From NCBI RefSeq assembly GCF_009914755.1, contig NC_060939.1: a DNA stretch of 64,000 bases. The stretch is one strand, 5' to 3'. Position numbers and translations under genes: made by a program. The DNA is from the human T2T-CHM13v2.0 reference genome, Homo sapiens. Shown here piece after piece: positions 16,788 to 37,050 of the stretch (position 1 is its first letter; every line of letters starts with the position of its first letter). The notes beneath the pieces are model-generated. The model worked only from the letters and a program-made list of their open reading frames with translations, was not told the DNA's origin and ran no database searches.

Positions 16788-17308
16788 TGTGACAGGCTGA
16801 ATAATGCTCCCCCAAAGATGTCTAGATACTAATTCTCAGATCCTGTGAATATGCTACCTTACATGGCAAAAGGAACTCTGCAGAAATGATTAAATTAAGG
16901 ATCCTGACTAGGGTGGTTATCCTGGATTATCCAAGTATGATGTAATCACAAGACTTCTTATAAGAGGGAGACAGGAGGATCAGAATAGGAGATGTGACAT
17001 TGGGAGCAGAAGGTCACAGTCAGGGAGAAGGAAGCAGAGATCAGAGAGAGAATGAGAGAGATTTGAAGATACTATGCTGTTGGCCTTAAAGATGGAGGAA
17101 GGGGTCACAGGTCAAGAAATGCATGCCTTCTTTAGAAGCTAGAAAAGGAAAGAAAACAGATTATCTCCTAAAGCTTCCAGAAGGAACAGTCCTGCCGAAA
17201 TCCTAATTTTAGGTCTTCGGACTTCCAGAACTATAAAATAATAAATTTATGTTGTTTTAAGGCACTAAGGTTGTAGTAATTTGTTATAGCAAATAGGAAA
17301 TTATTACA
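16788..17308 (+). mobile_element. MaLR solo LTR (MLT1D-like)
   Basis: TGTGACAGGCTGAATAATGCTCCCCCAAAGATGTC start; AATAAATTT...TTTGTTATAGC end. Confidence 0.8.
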
Positions 17309-17796
17309 CGATAGGAATAGGAAACAAATACACACAGTATACTAATTATATGATCCTGTTTTAATTTTTCACCTTTACAAATAGTGCTGCAATACACACG
17401 AGTTAGCATTGTTCTAGAAATTATGGTGAGAAGCAGGATTGCTAGACTTGTTTAAAATCACATTTTAGTTGTAATTAGACACTGCCAAATTATCTACCAA
17501 AAGATTGTAGCAACTTATACTCCCACTATCAGTGTACAAGAATAACTGCTTCTCCATAAGGTCTCCACTCCCCACAGAGAGAACCTTGATCTCAGAGCTA
17601 GATCTTCCAAAAGTCAAGACCACTTCCAATGAAATCATACTCACAAAGCTGATGAAAAACTTCCTTCTAGGATAACTTTCTTTCAGTAACCATAACCTGA
17701 GGACATCCCACCACATAAGGAGAGAAAGACTTAAGAAGTAAAAGATGCGGCAACCCTTTTATCGCTTTTAAAGTCTGCATTAAAAGGGCATTCTGT

Positions 17797-17962
17797 TAGC
17801 CAGGCATGGTGGCTGGCACCTGTAGTCCCAGCTACTCAGGAGGCTGAGGCAGGAGAATCACTTGAACTCAGGAGGCAGAGGTTGCAGCGAGCCGAGATCC
17901 CGCCATTGCACTCCAGCCTGGGCAATAGAGCAAGACTCCGTCTCAGAAAAAAAAAAAAAAAA
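17797..17962 (+). mobile_element. Alu right arm only
   Basis: Starts TTAGCCAGGC; A tail. Confidence 0.88.
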
Positions 17963-18499
17963 GCTCAATAAATATTAATCCATTGAATGAACAATATTTG
18001 GCACACAGTAGAAACTCCAGAAATACTTGGAACCAAAATCGTCATAATGTTTGCCTTTTTTAAATGTAATCTAAATTTCACAAACCCTAGGAAATATCAT
18101 AATAGAATGCTTACTGAATTCCTAAGTCAGCCTTGTTGTAACAAAATTTCTTATAACTAAACAAGGCTGGAACTTGCCTGGATATTATCTTTTTATTGGC
18201 AGCAACTCAAATTAACAGATGTGACCAAAAAAAAAAAAAAATCTGAGGTCAATTCGGTTTTCTAGTCAAAAGAAAAAATTGTGAACATAATAAATGTAGA
18301 TATTGGCTTTGTCTGAGACCCTCAGAATTACTCTTGGACCTGCCCAGTTAGCATAGAAAAATCTAGGCAGGAAGCCAGAACTTGTCTAATAACTAGCAAT
18401 AATATTACAAAGCAAAATCAGCTCAGGACCACCCTCAATGACAGTAGATCAAATCAGTACACCAAACTGAGTTCAAAGGTTTCAAATGGGTATATTCTA

Positions 18500-19462
<963 letters not shown>

Positions 19463-19729
19463 GCAGGCACCACTGCAGAGGAATGGGAAGCTGCTACCCT
19501 AGGATCAGGCCCATGGGGGAAATGGGAAACCTTGGTACTGCAGTAGTTCCTGCTAGCCCATCATTTTTAGGAGCCATGACAACAAAACCAATCATAATTA
19601 ATAGAATGCACTACTCTCACTACAGGCCCCAGAAGACAACATACATGCCCTTTATTTATCCCTGCCTAAGGGAAAGAAAAAAAACACGTGCAGAGGCAAG
19701 AAGTGGCTGAGGACCCAGAGTGAGGCAGG

Positions 19730-21088
<1,359 letters not shown>

Positions 21089-21666
21089 TCTGTAGTTCTT
21101 TCTATGGGCACAAGTTAAGGTTATAGTACTTGCTGTTAAGAAAATAAAGGAGGTTAGCTAGACCCAAGAATCTCTGGCTCCTTGGGGAGACTATGGGATT
21201 ATGAGTAGGTTGTTTCTTGTCTCCACTTTTTAGAGGGCTGGCCCCACCAGACATGCATAGCTCCCTGAAAATACCATGCCCAAGGAAGGTGTTCAGTAAT
21301 GTGTGTTCCTTTCTGACTCTAAATGTCAGGTCCTTTCTAAGTAAATTTTGTGATTTAAAAAAGGTGAAGTCAGTACAGGATGAAATGTGCTTTGAGAGTG
21401 TCAGGATGAAATTGTTTCCATGAGGAAGAGGGACAAGTGTACCCCATGGTAAGTGGGCCTAGATCAAGACTTGGCCTCCAATAGTCAGTAACTACAAACT
21501 GGACAAATAATATTTTGAGGGCACTAAGGCAATATGATGTTATGCCAAAAAAAAAAAAAAAAGGCACGGCTAAAAGCCAGAAGTTGAGACCCCACCTCTG
21601 CCACAGATCAGCTGTGTGACCCAGGTGCAAATCTCGTCACTCCCTGTCTGGTTCTGTTTCTGCTGA

Positions 21667-22070
<404 letters not shown>

Positions 22071-22120
22071 TGGTCAAACTTCTTGAAGCCACTAACTTCA
22101 GAATATGCAAGAAGTCATAA

Positions 22121-23100
<980 letters not shown>

Positions 23101-23860
23101 ACTGCACATGATGAATTGCCCCTGTTATGGTGCTGAATACGCTTTCCTTCTAAAAACCATACGAGGAGACAGCCTTTATCCTTGTAAGATTTCACAAATT
23201 CATTTGACAATGAAGGGGGCCCATGGATTTTACTAAATCCTCCTCATCTTTGCCACTGACTATGCCTTTGCCCAATTCAACTACCAGTTGTTTTTAAATC
23301 ACATGAATGTATCCCAGGAAAAAAATGGAGGCTTGAAAAGAGTGCAAGTAGAAGATAAAGAAAAGGCTTTTTAGAACTCTACTGGAATTAGCCAGTAGAT
23401 GCCTTTGATTTAATCAGGGAAGTATAACTTACCTGCTTCCTACAAAATGAAGCCAATAAACTGCTGGTTCTTGTAAGTCACAAAAATGAACCATCAATAT
23501 TCTGCTCAAAAAAAGAATGCATACATTCTGATCCTTTCTTCTCAGAAGTTCTCATACACATCCCCTCCTCTCTACTACCTCTGGTCTTACACACTCATTG
23601 CCTCATACCTTACACATCACAATGGTCTCTCAGCTGATTTAACTCTAGTTTCTCCATCCTGCTGCCAGGCAATCCCCCTAAAATACAATTGTATTCAATC
23701 AAACATTTCTATATTTGAACCTCTACATAGTACCTGCCCTTAAAGAATTCACCATCTAGTAGGGAAGACATACGTCTCATGATTCCCTTGTCCAAAATCC
23801 CCACCAATACAATCATTCTGAAGAACAATTTATCAACTTCTAGTAGAGTTTAAGATGGGA

Positions 23861-24290
<430 letters not shown>

Positions 24291-24479
24291 CTAAGTGTCT
24301 ATAAACGAAAAAATTAAATTTTCATTATACAAATTTTCAAATATAGAAAATATACATGCATATATATAATATATACTGTATATGTGTGTTTGTGTGTTTG
24401 ATTATACACATACCTATATACCCATCATTGACATTCTAAATTAAAAGCTGGTCATCTTGCTTCATCCTATTCCTTTCTA

Positions 24480-26060
24480 AAAAAAAAAAAAATTGTACTT
24501 TACAGCTTACACATGTTGTATTTGGTTACTCTATCTCTAAATCAAGTTTATTCTAGGACACTTTCCCTTTCTCCCATCTACCTCTCCCGTTTTTCTCCCT
24601 CATGACATTGATTTGTTGAAAAGAATGGTCGGTTCATCTGTACCTCATACTGAGTTTTTTTTATTGCTTCCTCAAGATAGCATGTAATTTCTTGATCTTC
24701 CATATGTCTTACAAACTAAGTCTCTGAAGTTAATTAAAATTCGGATTTAATATTTTAGACAAAAAATGTCAATAGCAACATGCTTGATATTGAAGCACAT
24801 CAGGAAGCACATCTTTTTTGGATCACTTTTAATGATACTAAGAATAATAGCTAGGTTAGTGATAGTCTAATCCTTCCAATGTAAAGTTATATTCTTTTAG
24901 CTTGAGGCCAACTAGAAATCTGTGGAATCATACTTTGGCTCCATGGGAATATCCAATTCCCAAACATTTTTGTCTGACAGTTTTAGCACCCATTAATGAT
25001 CCTGGCCCAAATCAATTATTCATAACAGGTTGTAACAAATTGTCACTTTCAAATTCTTTATTTCCTTCTACATTACTTGGCATCCCTCACTAAATATAAA
25101 ATGGTGCCCACTCAAAAGGCAGTTCAAATATATTATCGTTTTTCATTACCAATTTTCAGAGTAAAGAATAATAGCCACCTAGCCACCTCCATTTGTTCTA
25201 TTTATTGTTATATAATCATTTTCTCAAGAAATTATTCTCCTTATTTCTTCTGATGTTCAAATTGTCCCAATTTTGGCCAAGGAGAGCCTTTTCGATTTGG
25301 CTTTTCCATCTTTGAAAGCTTTCTTGGTTTTGGCACAAGAATGTTCCAGGTTACGCATGTCCCCTGCTCCAGACCCAGAATCAGTCATTTCTTCAAGGAG
25401 TCCTGGATTCTTTCAAGTACAAGTATTTAAAGACCAAAATTAGGGTTTTAGAAGAGCTCACATCTACCAAGATGACAAAGTGTTTCTAGGTCCTCTCAGT
25501 GGACAGAGCTAAGGAACAAATTTATATGGATTGAATTAAGAAATGTATATTATAAATGATGAATTCATATTGACATTTATAATTCAGGTTCAAAATTATA
25601 GGTTTTGTGCTTAGCTTCTTTGATTTTATACTTGTATCTCTATTGATTCGTAATCATTCACATAAAGACTTACTGCCTTTATCCTACAATACATATCATA
25701 TGGTGTCAAAATTAAAATACCAATATTACAACTAGCAATAAAATGAATAAAGGTGGGGGTTTTTTTGCAGTTCTTTTATCCTTAGCGTATATGCCATTTA
25801 GTATTAAGCTCCAAAGTCACCTGAAATAGTTTTTCTCCATGTATTTAAATAACTATTTTGATATAAACATGGATACAATTGTTCAAGTTTGTCTTCAATT
25901 TTAAGGATTTAAAAAAATTTACTATAATTTTTGAATGTGTATTTACATAATTCAAAAGTCAGAGCTAAATAATAAAAAGACACACTCAGAAATCACATTT
26001 CCATCCCTACTTCATGTATTTCCCATACCTTCTACCATAGGGTAACAATTTTATTAGTTT
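24480..26060 (-). mobile_element. Old L1M (MC/MD-like) 3' region
   Basis: TGATGTTCAAATTGTCCCA, GAATCAGTCATTTCTTCAAGGAG, CAGTGGACAGAGCTA motifs. Confidence 0.65.
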
Positions 26061-26145
26061 CTAATTTGTCTTTTAAGTGTTTCTCTTTGCAACATAAACA
26101 AATTTGCATATATTCATATTCTTATTCTCCACCCTTCCACTCTTA

Positions 26146-26477
<332 letters not shown>

Positions 26478-26756
26478 TAAACACACATTGTTCTGTACTT
26501 TGCTTTTTTTCCCATTTAATATATATCCTGGAAAATACTGCATAGAGATTTTTCTCATTCTGTTTTACAGCTGCATAGTACTCGGCTATGTGAAAATACC
26601 ATTGTATACTTTTAATTAAAAAAAAACTAGTTATCTCTTACTCTAGCAATCACAAGATCTCACCTTGCAATTTGAGTCCCTCTATCAACTGCCTCACACA
26701 TTTACTTCATCCATTTTTCTCTGAATATAGGGCCCTGACAGTCATCCGATTTTAAA

Positions 26757-26850
26757 CAATTCTCCTTCCTCATCTCATACACACTTACCTTATTCCAGAC
26801 CCAATTCTCCTTCCTCATCCCATACACACTTACCTTATTCCAGACCCAAT
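26757..26850. repeat. 45-bp tandem duplication (2 copies, 1 mismatch)
   Basis: CAATTCTCCTTCCTCATCYCATACACACTTACCTTATTCCAGACC x2. Confidence 0.95.
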
Positions 26851-28052
26851 GTCTCCCCTCATGCTATTTTCCCAGTTTAGAATGGTTACATCCTTTCTCT
26901 CCAAATGCTATACTTCAATCAAAGCCCATTTTTAAAAGATCTTTTCTCCAACAAAACTTTCTAAGATGAGCTCTTAAATTTCCTCAGCAATATATAGCAT
27001 AATCTCTATGTTTCTCTTCATTCAACAAACAAATGTTTACTGAGTAAATGAAGAGCAAAGAGCTTATGTTCTGGGATAAGAACTTCACAATAAAGAAGTA
27101 AATAAGTAGTAGTAGTAGTGGTGGTTGTGGCAGTGATAAACGGTATGAAGAAAAAGTAAGGCAGAGTAAGAAACAGAGTACTAGATTAGGGATAGGGAAT
27201 TGCCATTTTGGAGAAAGTGATTACAAAAGGCCTCTCTGAGGAGGTGACAACTGAGTAGAAACAGGAATGAAAGGGAAAGCAAACCTAGGGAGGATCCAAA
27301 GGAAGCATCATGATGCACAAGTCATTCTCTTGGTTGCTTAGCATCAAAACACCTTCTTGTCCTTGGGGAATTCCCTTCCATATGCATCTTGAAAGAAGGC
27401 AGAAACCTCTGCCTACTACTGAATATTTGCTTTCCTTGCTTCCCATAAGGCAAGGGTACAGTCATATGACCTCCACTCCACAAGAGAAGCATCTGTGCTG
27501 GACCTTAATGTAGAAGATAGTGCATTTAAAAAGCCGAGAGTGTGTAGAACCCTTAGTGGCAAACGTGGCAGCAGATTCCAATAACAGTAGTGGTAGCAGC
27601 TTCCTCCTGTGATAAATTCCTTTTCTATTAAATTAACCAGAGATTATTTGACTACTTAGAACTAAGAATTCTGGCTGACCCTGGTGATCCAGGGAAATGG
27701 AACAGCATATGTTAAGCGCCCTGAGCTACAGTGAAGAAGTATAACAGGAAATGCAATCATAGAAATACAAATGGGCTGGATCACATAGAACCTTATAGGC
27801 ACTAGAAAGAGTGAATTTTATTGAGATTACTAGCAAGTTGTCAGAAAGTTTTAAACAGGAGAGTGTTGTGATGTGATTTACATTGTTAAGAGGCTACTCC
27901 TGTTATCATTTGGTTAATACATAGTGGAAAGCAAGAACTGAAACAAGCGTACTAGTTAGAAAATTATTCCAGGCAAGAGCTGCTGGCACCTCAGACCTGG
28001 ATGATACCTGTGTGGTTATTAGACAATTTACCTTTAATTGCTATATATTTAA

Positions 28053-28539
<487 letters not shown>

Positions 28540-29231
28540 TAGAAATTATACCATGCAGTAAAGTCTAATCAAAATCTTTATTCTCTCTTTTCCCAAAAAA
28601 TCTATAGATTTTAAAAGACATAAGCAACACATCAACAAAATGCAATATGTAGACCCTGTTTGGATTCCAGTTTGAAGAAACCAAATATAATTTTTTAAAT
28701 CTTTTTTTAGATAATTGGGAAAATGTGAATACTAACTACATAATGCTAAGAAATTATTGATTTTTTTCTGTATATGATACTGGTATTATACTTTAAGCCC
28801 ATATCTTTTATAAGAACAATATATTTATGGGTTAAATAATGTGATTGTTAGGACTTACTTTAAAATACTTGGGATATATATAAAAACACATTAGTCATGA
28901 ATTCATAACTGTTGAAGGTGGGTAATAAATACATAAGGATTCATTATACTCTTCTCTTTTACATATTTAAAAATTTCCATAAGAGGTTTTTTTTAAATTA
29001 CTATCCTTCTAGGTAAGACAAGGACCTTAAATCCTAGACTCTACCTATCCTACTTGTTATACCCTTGTTTTTAATCCATTAGACATTTTTACTATGTTTA
29101 ATGCAATCCATATTCATTTTCATTCTCTAAATATGTATCATTTTCTTTACCTTTAATTTACTCTTCATACATTTCATTTTGTGATTTGAGATCAATTTCA
29201 TCCTGTCCTAAGTATATCCTTTAAAAACATA

Positions 29232-29790
29232 CTGTCCAATATGGTGCATGTGGATATTTAATAAAAATTAAGTTTATTGGCTTAATAACTTATTAATAAC
29301 TTAATAACTTATTAAGCCAATAAACTTAAAAATTCAGTTTACTGAATTTTCAAGTACTCAATAGCCCTATGTAGCTTATGACTACAATATTGGACAGCAC
29401 AGAAAAAGAACATTTCCAGGCCAAACATGGTGGCTCACACCTACAATCCCAGCAGTCTGTAGGACTGAGGTGGGAGAATCACTTGAGCACAGGAGTTTGA
29501 GCCTGAGCAACACAGCGAGACCTCGTCTCTACAAATAATTTTAAAAATTAGACAGGTCGAGGTTGTGTGCATCTGTGGTCCCAGGTACTCAGGAGGCTGA
29601 GGTGGGAGGATTGCCTGAGTGATCACATTATCATTATATTATCACATTACTTCATCCATAAATATATTATTTTTAGCTCAGTGAGCCATGATTGCACCAC
29701 ACTCCAGCCTGGGTGACAGAGTGAGACCTGTCTCAAGAAAAAAATAAATAACATTCCCAATTCCACAGAAACTTCCATTGAACACTGCTG
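29232..29790. mobile_element. MER3-like element (minus/plus unresolved) followed by AluJ (29419-29748, plus)
   Basis: CTGTCCAATA...TATTGGACAG terminal repeats; AACATTTCC/AACATTCCC flanks around the Alu. Confidence 0.7.
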
Positions 29791-29981
29791 CTTTAAATGA
29801 TCTTTCATAGGTGAGATGTTCGTGACAAGTTGTTTTTATCTGAAAATATCCTTATTTTACCATCATTCTTTAAATATATTTTCACTGGGCATAAAATTCT
29901 AGATTGACAGGTAGTTTTCATTCCATATAGTAGACATTTCACTGTCTGCTGATTTCCACTGTTGCTGCTGAAAAGTCATCT

Positions 29982-30309
<328 letters not shown>

Positions 30310-30720
30310 CTATTACTCTAATTCTTGCTCGTTTGATGGTTTTCTTTTTCTCCAGCTACTTTTGGTTTTCTGTGACTTTATTACAATGTGTTTAGGTGTG
30401 GACTTACTATTATCCTAATTAGGATTCATTGAAATTCTTGAATTCTGGTTTGGTATCTTTCCTTGGTTCTGGAAAATATCAGCCATCATCTCTTCAAATG
30501 TCCCATTCTCTCTTCCTTTCCTTCTGGAATTCCAATTAAGACTCTCTCACTCTATCCCCATATCTCTTACACTGTCTTCTATATTTCCCAACTTTTTGCC
30601 TCTAGCCATCATCTATGCTACATTCTGGATGGTTTTATCTGATCTATATTCCAGTTTGATAATTTTTCTGATGTGTCCAATCTGCTGCAAATTGCATCAT
30701 TAAGTTTTTAATTCAGTTAC

Positions 30721-30978
30721 TTTATCTTTTTCTTTTTTTCCTTTTTTTTTTTTTTTTTTTTTTTTGAGACAGTCTCATTCTGTCACCCAGGCTGCAGCAT
30801 GGTGGTACAACCTTGGCTCACTATAACCTTGACTTCCTGGACTCAAGTGATCCTCCCACATCAGCCTCCCGAGTAGCTGGGACTACAGGTGCATGCCACT
30901 ACACCCAGCTAATTTTTTTGTATTTTCTGTACAGACAAGGTTTCACCATGTTGCCCAGGCTGGCCTCAAACTCCTGAG
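30721..30978 (-). mobile_element. Truncated AluJ within an old L1/HAL1-like fragment
   Basis: T tail plus right arm and part of left arm. Confidence 0.85.
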
Positions 30979-31854
30979 TCAGTTTTTATTCCAAAAATTC
31001 GATTTGGTTTTTTCAAAACTATAATGCCACTTAAAAACAATCATTTCCTGTTCCCTATTCTCAAATTTGTCACTTATTTCTGTAAACACAGTAAGCTTGG
31101 TTGTTTTATTATATATCTTTTAATTCTATTATATGATGTTTATCTTTTTCTGCTGTCTGTTGTTTCTACTGGTTCATGCCTATGGTTCCTTGTCTCCTCG
31201 TACGTCTAGTTATCTTTGACTATGTGCTGATTACTGTCCTTAAAAAATTGTGGGGAGGCCTAAGATGAAGGAGCCTTCCTTTGAAGAACATTTGCATTTG
31301 CTTCTGACAAGCACCTGGAGTCAGGAACCAACCTAAATTAAGTATGGCTTACGGTTCCCTTTCCCACCTATGCTTTGTAAAGACTTTTGTTTGCTTGTTT
31401 CCTTTCTCTTTTTTCCTCCTGCTCTGCTCAGTACCAACACAACTTGTCTTGAAATTCCTTGATATTTGATTGGGAGGTAGGTGATGAAAAGCGGTTAGTT
31501 CTGGTTCATCCTTACCTCTCAGCTGTAGATATATGGAGCCCAAGCCTAATTAGGCAAGAATATCTCATAAGACTTTACATGTCCACATGTTGGGTGGGCT
31601 CTGCATCTTAATTTCTGTCCACCTCACCCCATAAGACTGATGAACAGAAACCTAAATTTCTTGATATTGGCAAACATATTGAAAGCAAAAGTGGCTTCAG
31701 TTCGCCAGATAGTCTGTTAACTTCCTGCTTTAGGCTTTCTTCCAGAATTTGGCTTAACAGATTCCCTTTTCTTCCCAGTTCTTCAAAGCTACTAAGGTAA
31801 TGTTCTATATATTTTATCCAACATTTTCAATTGTCTTCAAAAAGAAGACTGGTC

Positions 31855-32156
31855 GGCCGGGTGCAGTGGCTCACACCTGTAATCCCAGCACTTTGGGAGG
31901 CCAAGGCGGGTGGATCATGAGGTCAGGAGTTCAAGATCAGCCTGGCCAACATGGTGAAACCCCATCTCTATTAAAAATACAAAATTAGCCAGGCGTGGTG
32001 GCATGCGCCTGTAATCCCAGCTACTCAGAAGGCTGAGGCAGGAGAATCACTTGAACCCAAGAAGCAGAGGTTGCAGTGAGCCGAGATCATGGTGCTGCAC
32101 TCCAGCCTGGGTGAGACAGCAAGACTCCGACTCAAAAAAAAAAAAAAAAAAAAAAG
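31855..32156 (+). mobile_element. AluS (Sg-like)
   Basis: TSD AAGAAGACTGGTC. Confidence 0.92.
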
Positions 32157-32228
32157 AAGAAGACTGGTCTAATCTAGGCCACTATTATCCAGAAACAAGA
32201 TATATTTGGAAGTGACCTTCCTGATGTA

Positions 32229-33299
32229 CAGCTGACCCTTTAACAACCCAGATTTGAATTGCACAGTCCACTCACACACTTTTTTTAATATATTAGAAAA
32301 TGATTTTGAGGCTTGGCATGGTGGCTCACGCCTGTAATCCCAGCACTTTGGGAGGCCAAGGCAGGTGGATCACCTGAGGTCAGGAGCTCAAGACAAGTCT
32401 GGCCAATATGGCGAAAACCCATCTCTATTAAAATAACACAAAAATTAGCCAGGCATGGGGGCAAGTGCCTGTAATTCTAGCTACTCGGGAGGCTGAGGCA
32501 GGGAGAACTGCTTGAACCCAGGAGGCAGAGGTTGCAGTAAGCCAAGATCACACCACTGCACTCCAGCGTGGGCAACAGAGCGAGACTCTGTCTCAAAAAA
32601 AAAAAAAAAAAAAATTATTTTGAGATCTTTGACAATTAAAAAAAACCTCACAAGCCTAGGTACAGTGTCTCACACCTGTAATCCCAGCACTTCAGGAAGC
32701 CGAGGCAGGCGGATTGCTTAAGCCCAGGAGCTTAAGACTCCATCTCTACAAAAAATTTTTAAAAAATTTTTTTAATTAGCCAGGCATGGTGGCACACAGC
32801 TGTGGTCCCAGCTACTCAGGAGGCTGAAGAAGGAGGATCACTTGAGCCCAGGAGGTCAAAGTTGCAGTGAGCCATGTTCATGCCACTGCACTCCATCCTG
32901 GGCAACAGAACAAGACACTGTCTCAAAAGCAAAACTCACAAACTGCATATTTAAAAACTTAAGAAAAAGTTAGGTATGTCAAGAATGCATAAAATATATA
33001 TCGATATTGGTCTATTTTATGGTTTACTACCATTAAATATACACAAATCTATTATAAGAAGTTAAATGTAGCCAGGCATGGTGGTACATGACTGAGAGGA
33101 TGAGGCAGGGGGATCTCTTAAGCTCAGGAGCTTCAGGCCAGCCAGGCATGGTGGTGTGTGCCTGTAGTCCCAGCTACTCAGGAAGCTGAAGTGGGAGGAT
33201 CACTTGAGCCCAAGAGGTTGAGGCTGCAGGGGGCCATGATCGCACCACTGCACTCCAGCCTGGACAAAAGAGTGAGACCTTGCCTCAAAAAGAAAAAAT

Positions 33300-33300
<1 letters not shown>
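32229..33300 (+). mobile_element. Tigger2/MER28-like fossil split by three Alus (32310-32613, 32654-32935, 33070-33298)
   Basis: TA-CAGCTGACCCTT..AACAAC terminus; TTTACTACCAT..AATATACACAAATCTATTATAA internal motif. Confidence 0.7.

Positions 33301-33306
<6 letters not shown>

Positions 33307-33336
<30 letters not shown>
33307..33336. repeat. (TA)n microsatellite
   Basis: Uninterrupted TA run. Confidence 0.95.
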
Positions 33337-33339
<3 letters not shown>

Positions 33340-33681
33340 GAGGTCAGAGCCCATCCAAAACTCTAGCCCAGCCCAATCCAGCATTTCTCAATTTGTGTTT
33401 CCCAAAGCTCCAGACTTCAGTAGCAAGAAGGACAGTGGCTAAAGAGGTAAGCACACGTTGGAGGTGACAGAACAGCAAGTTTCAGACCCTTTTCACTCTC
33501 ACATAAACAAGACCACCTCCAACTGTTATGAGATTCTGTAATATTATTTGTAATTTTTAAAGCATTTTTTGAAAGACTAAGCCAGCAATAAAAGAATCTT
33601 AAAAAGTAAACTTTTACTAGTAAACTCTCTTCTCTTCAGACATAAATGGTTAAAAGTTTTGAGTCTCAAGCAAAAAGTACT

Positions 33682-33990
33682 GGCTGAGTGCAGTGGTTCA
33701 CGCCTGTAGTAATCCCAGCACTTTGGGAGGCTGAGGCAAGCAGATCACTTGAGCTCAGGAGTTCAAGACCAGCCTGGACAACATGAAGGAACCTCATCTC
33801 CACCAAAAAATACAAAAAATTAGCCAGGTGTGGTGGTGCGATCATGTGGTCCCAGCTACTTGGGAGGCTGAAGTGAGAGGATCACCAGAGCCCAAGAAGT
33901 AGAGGCCTGCAGTGAGCTGAGATTGCCCCACTGCACTCCAGCCTGGGTGTCAGAGACAGACCCCGTCTCAACTGAAAAAGAAAAAAAAAG
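33682..33990 (+). mobile_element. AluJ
   Basis: Full dimer. Confidence 0.9.
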
Positions 33991-34239
33991 AATTACTTAG
34001 TTCTTTTTCATTACTGTTCCATACCCAAATCCTTACTAACTTAAATCCAGAAAAAAACTACTACATTTATTTGCAAGTATGTGCTTTATCTGTGCTCCTC
34101 TTTTACTTAATTTTAGACTCTGGCCAAATAAAACTCAGGTAAAAGTAGTATGGATAAATGAGAACCTCAAAAATCAGATTCTGAAATATAATTCATTCAA
34201 AAAAAAATTTAAAGTCTAAATTATATAGCAAAAGCTTAG

Positions 34240-34558
<319 letters not shown>

Positions 34559-34668
34559 TAGCACCCAACATGTTATGACTCCTTGTCTCCATTAGGTTAA
34601 ACTTCTTTGTCTTATATACAGTTACTCCCAAACATACTACATAAAAAAATATTTCTGTGCTGTTATAA

Positions 34669-34972
<304 letters not shown>

Positions 34973-35091
34973 TAAACCTCCGTTTTAAATATTACAGTAT
35001 AAGCTATCTACCACGATCACTTCCTTATTCAAATCTATTTTTGTTTCTTTGAATTTCAGACATCAAAAGATGTCATTAAATTGGAACCATA

Positions 35092-35733
<642 letters not shown>

Positions 35734-36164
35734 TTAATAAATAAAATTCTTACTTTCCACCTAAGCTATATATTTATCAGATATACATTCTCTATTTCTC
35801 TATCTACATTCTATCTGTGCTTATCAGTGTCCCTATTATGACTATAAAATTAGTCATAATTTTCTAAAAATTAACTCAGAATATAAATGTCTACAGATAA
35901 AAAATATTTATTGATGACTACTTAATATTCATGTTTAAGATAAGCTCGAAAGTTCCATATCTAAAGTACATAAATTATACCCATACACACTAAACTAAGA
36001 AGTAGTAAGGATTTGTCAGTTAGCATGTCCAGAACTTCCCAGGCACATGACAAAACCTAATCTTCCTTCTGCATTACCTGATAATATTATCACCCTCTTT
36101 ACTTCCCAATTTAGAAATCTGGGAGTTATCTTCCACTCTTCCCTCTGCCTCATCTTCTATACAC

Positions 36165-36523
36165 AGCTGGTCTCAATGTTTGTGTCCCCACAAAATTAAC
36201 ATGTTGAAATCCTAACCCCAAGGTGATGGTATTAGTAGATGGGGACTTTGAGTGATGATTAGCTCATGAGGGCAAACCTTATCATTCCATTCATAATTTC
36301 ATGGATGGAATTATTGCCAGATAACTGCTTTGTCCCTTCACCATATGAGGGCACAGCAAGGTGGCTCCATCTATAAAGCAGGAAATGGGCCCTCACCAGC
36401 CATGGAATCTGCCACCACCTTGATCTTGAACTTCCCAGCGTCCAGAACTCTGAGAAATAAATTTCTATTGTTTATAAGTCACTAGTTTATATTTTGTTAT
36501 AGTACCCCAAATGGACTAAGACA
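36165..36523 (+). mobile_element. MaLR solo LTR (MLT1A-like)
   Basis: AATGTTTGTGTCCCC...ATGTTGAAATCCTAACCCC; AGAAATAAATTTCT...GACTAAGACA end. Confidence 0.85.
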
Positions 36524-37050
36524 GTTGGTCAAGGTCTATGAAGTCTTCTTCATATATTTTTCCTTTTTCAATAGGCAATACTTTCATATAGCTCAAAAGC
36601 CCAAACACAGAAATGTATACATTGAAAATCCTCAATGGAAGTATTTACACTGCTCACTGCTCCTCCTCGGCCCACCCTGGACCCACAACCCCAACAAGTT
36701 ATTACCTTTACTAGTTTCATGAGTATCCTTCCAGTATTTCTATAATCACCAAAAAAAAAAAAAAAAAACATTACCACATAACACTGCTCTCCACTTGCTT
36801 TTCTTGCTTAACACATGAGATCTTTTCCTATTAGTTCACAGAAAGAACTTCCTCATTTTTTTATACAGCTGCATAGTATGCTATTATTGTGTTTTAATAT
36901 GCATTTCTCAAACTCCTAATGAGACCATGCATCTTTATCAAATGTTTGTTGGCCACTATCACTATGTTTCCTCTTCCGAAACTGCCTATTCATATTCTTT
37001 ACCTATTTTACCATTTCATTCTCTTTGTAGGAGTGCAATATGTATATTTC

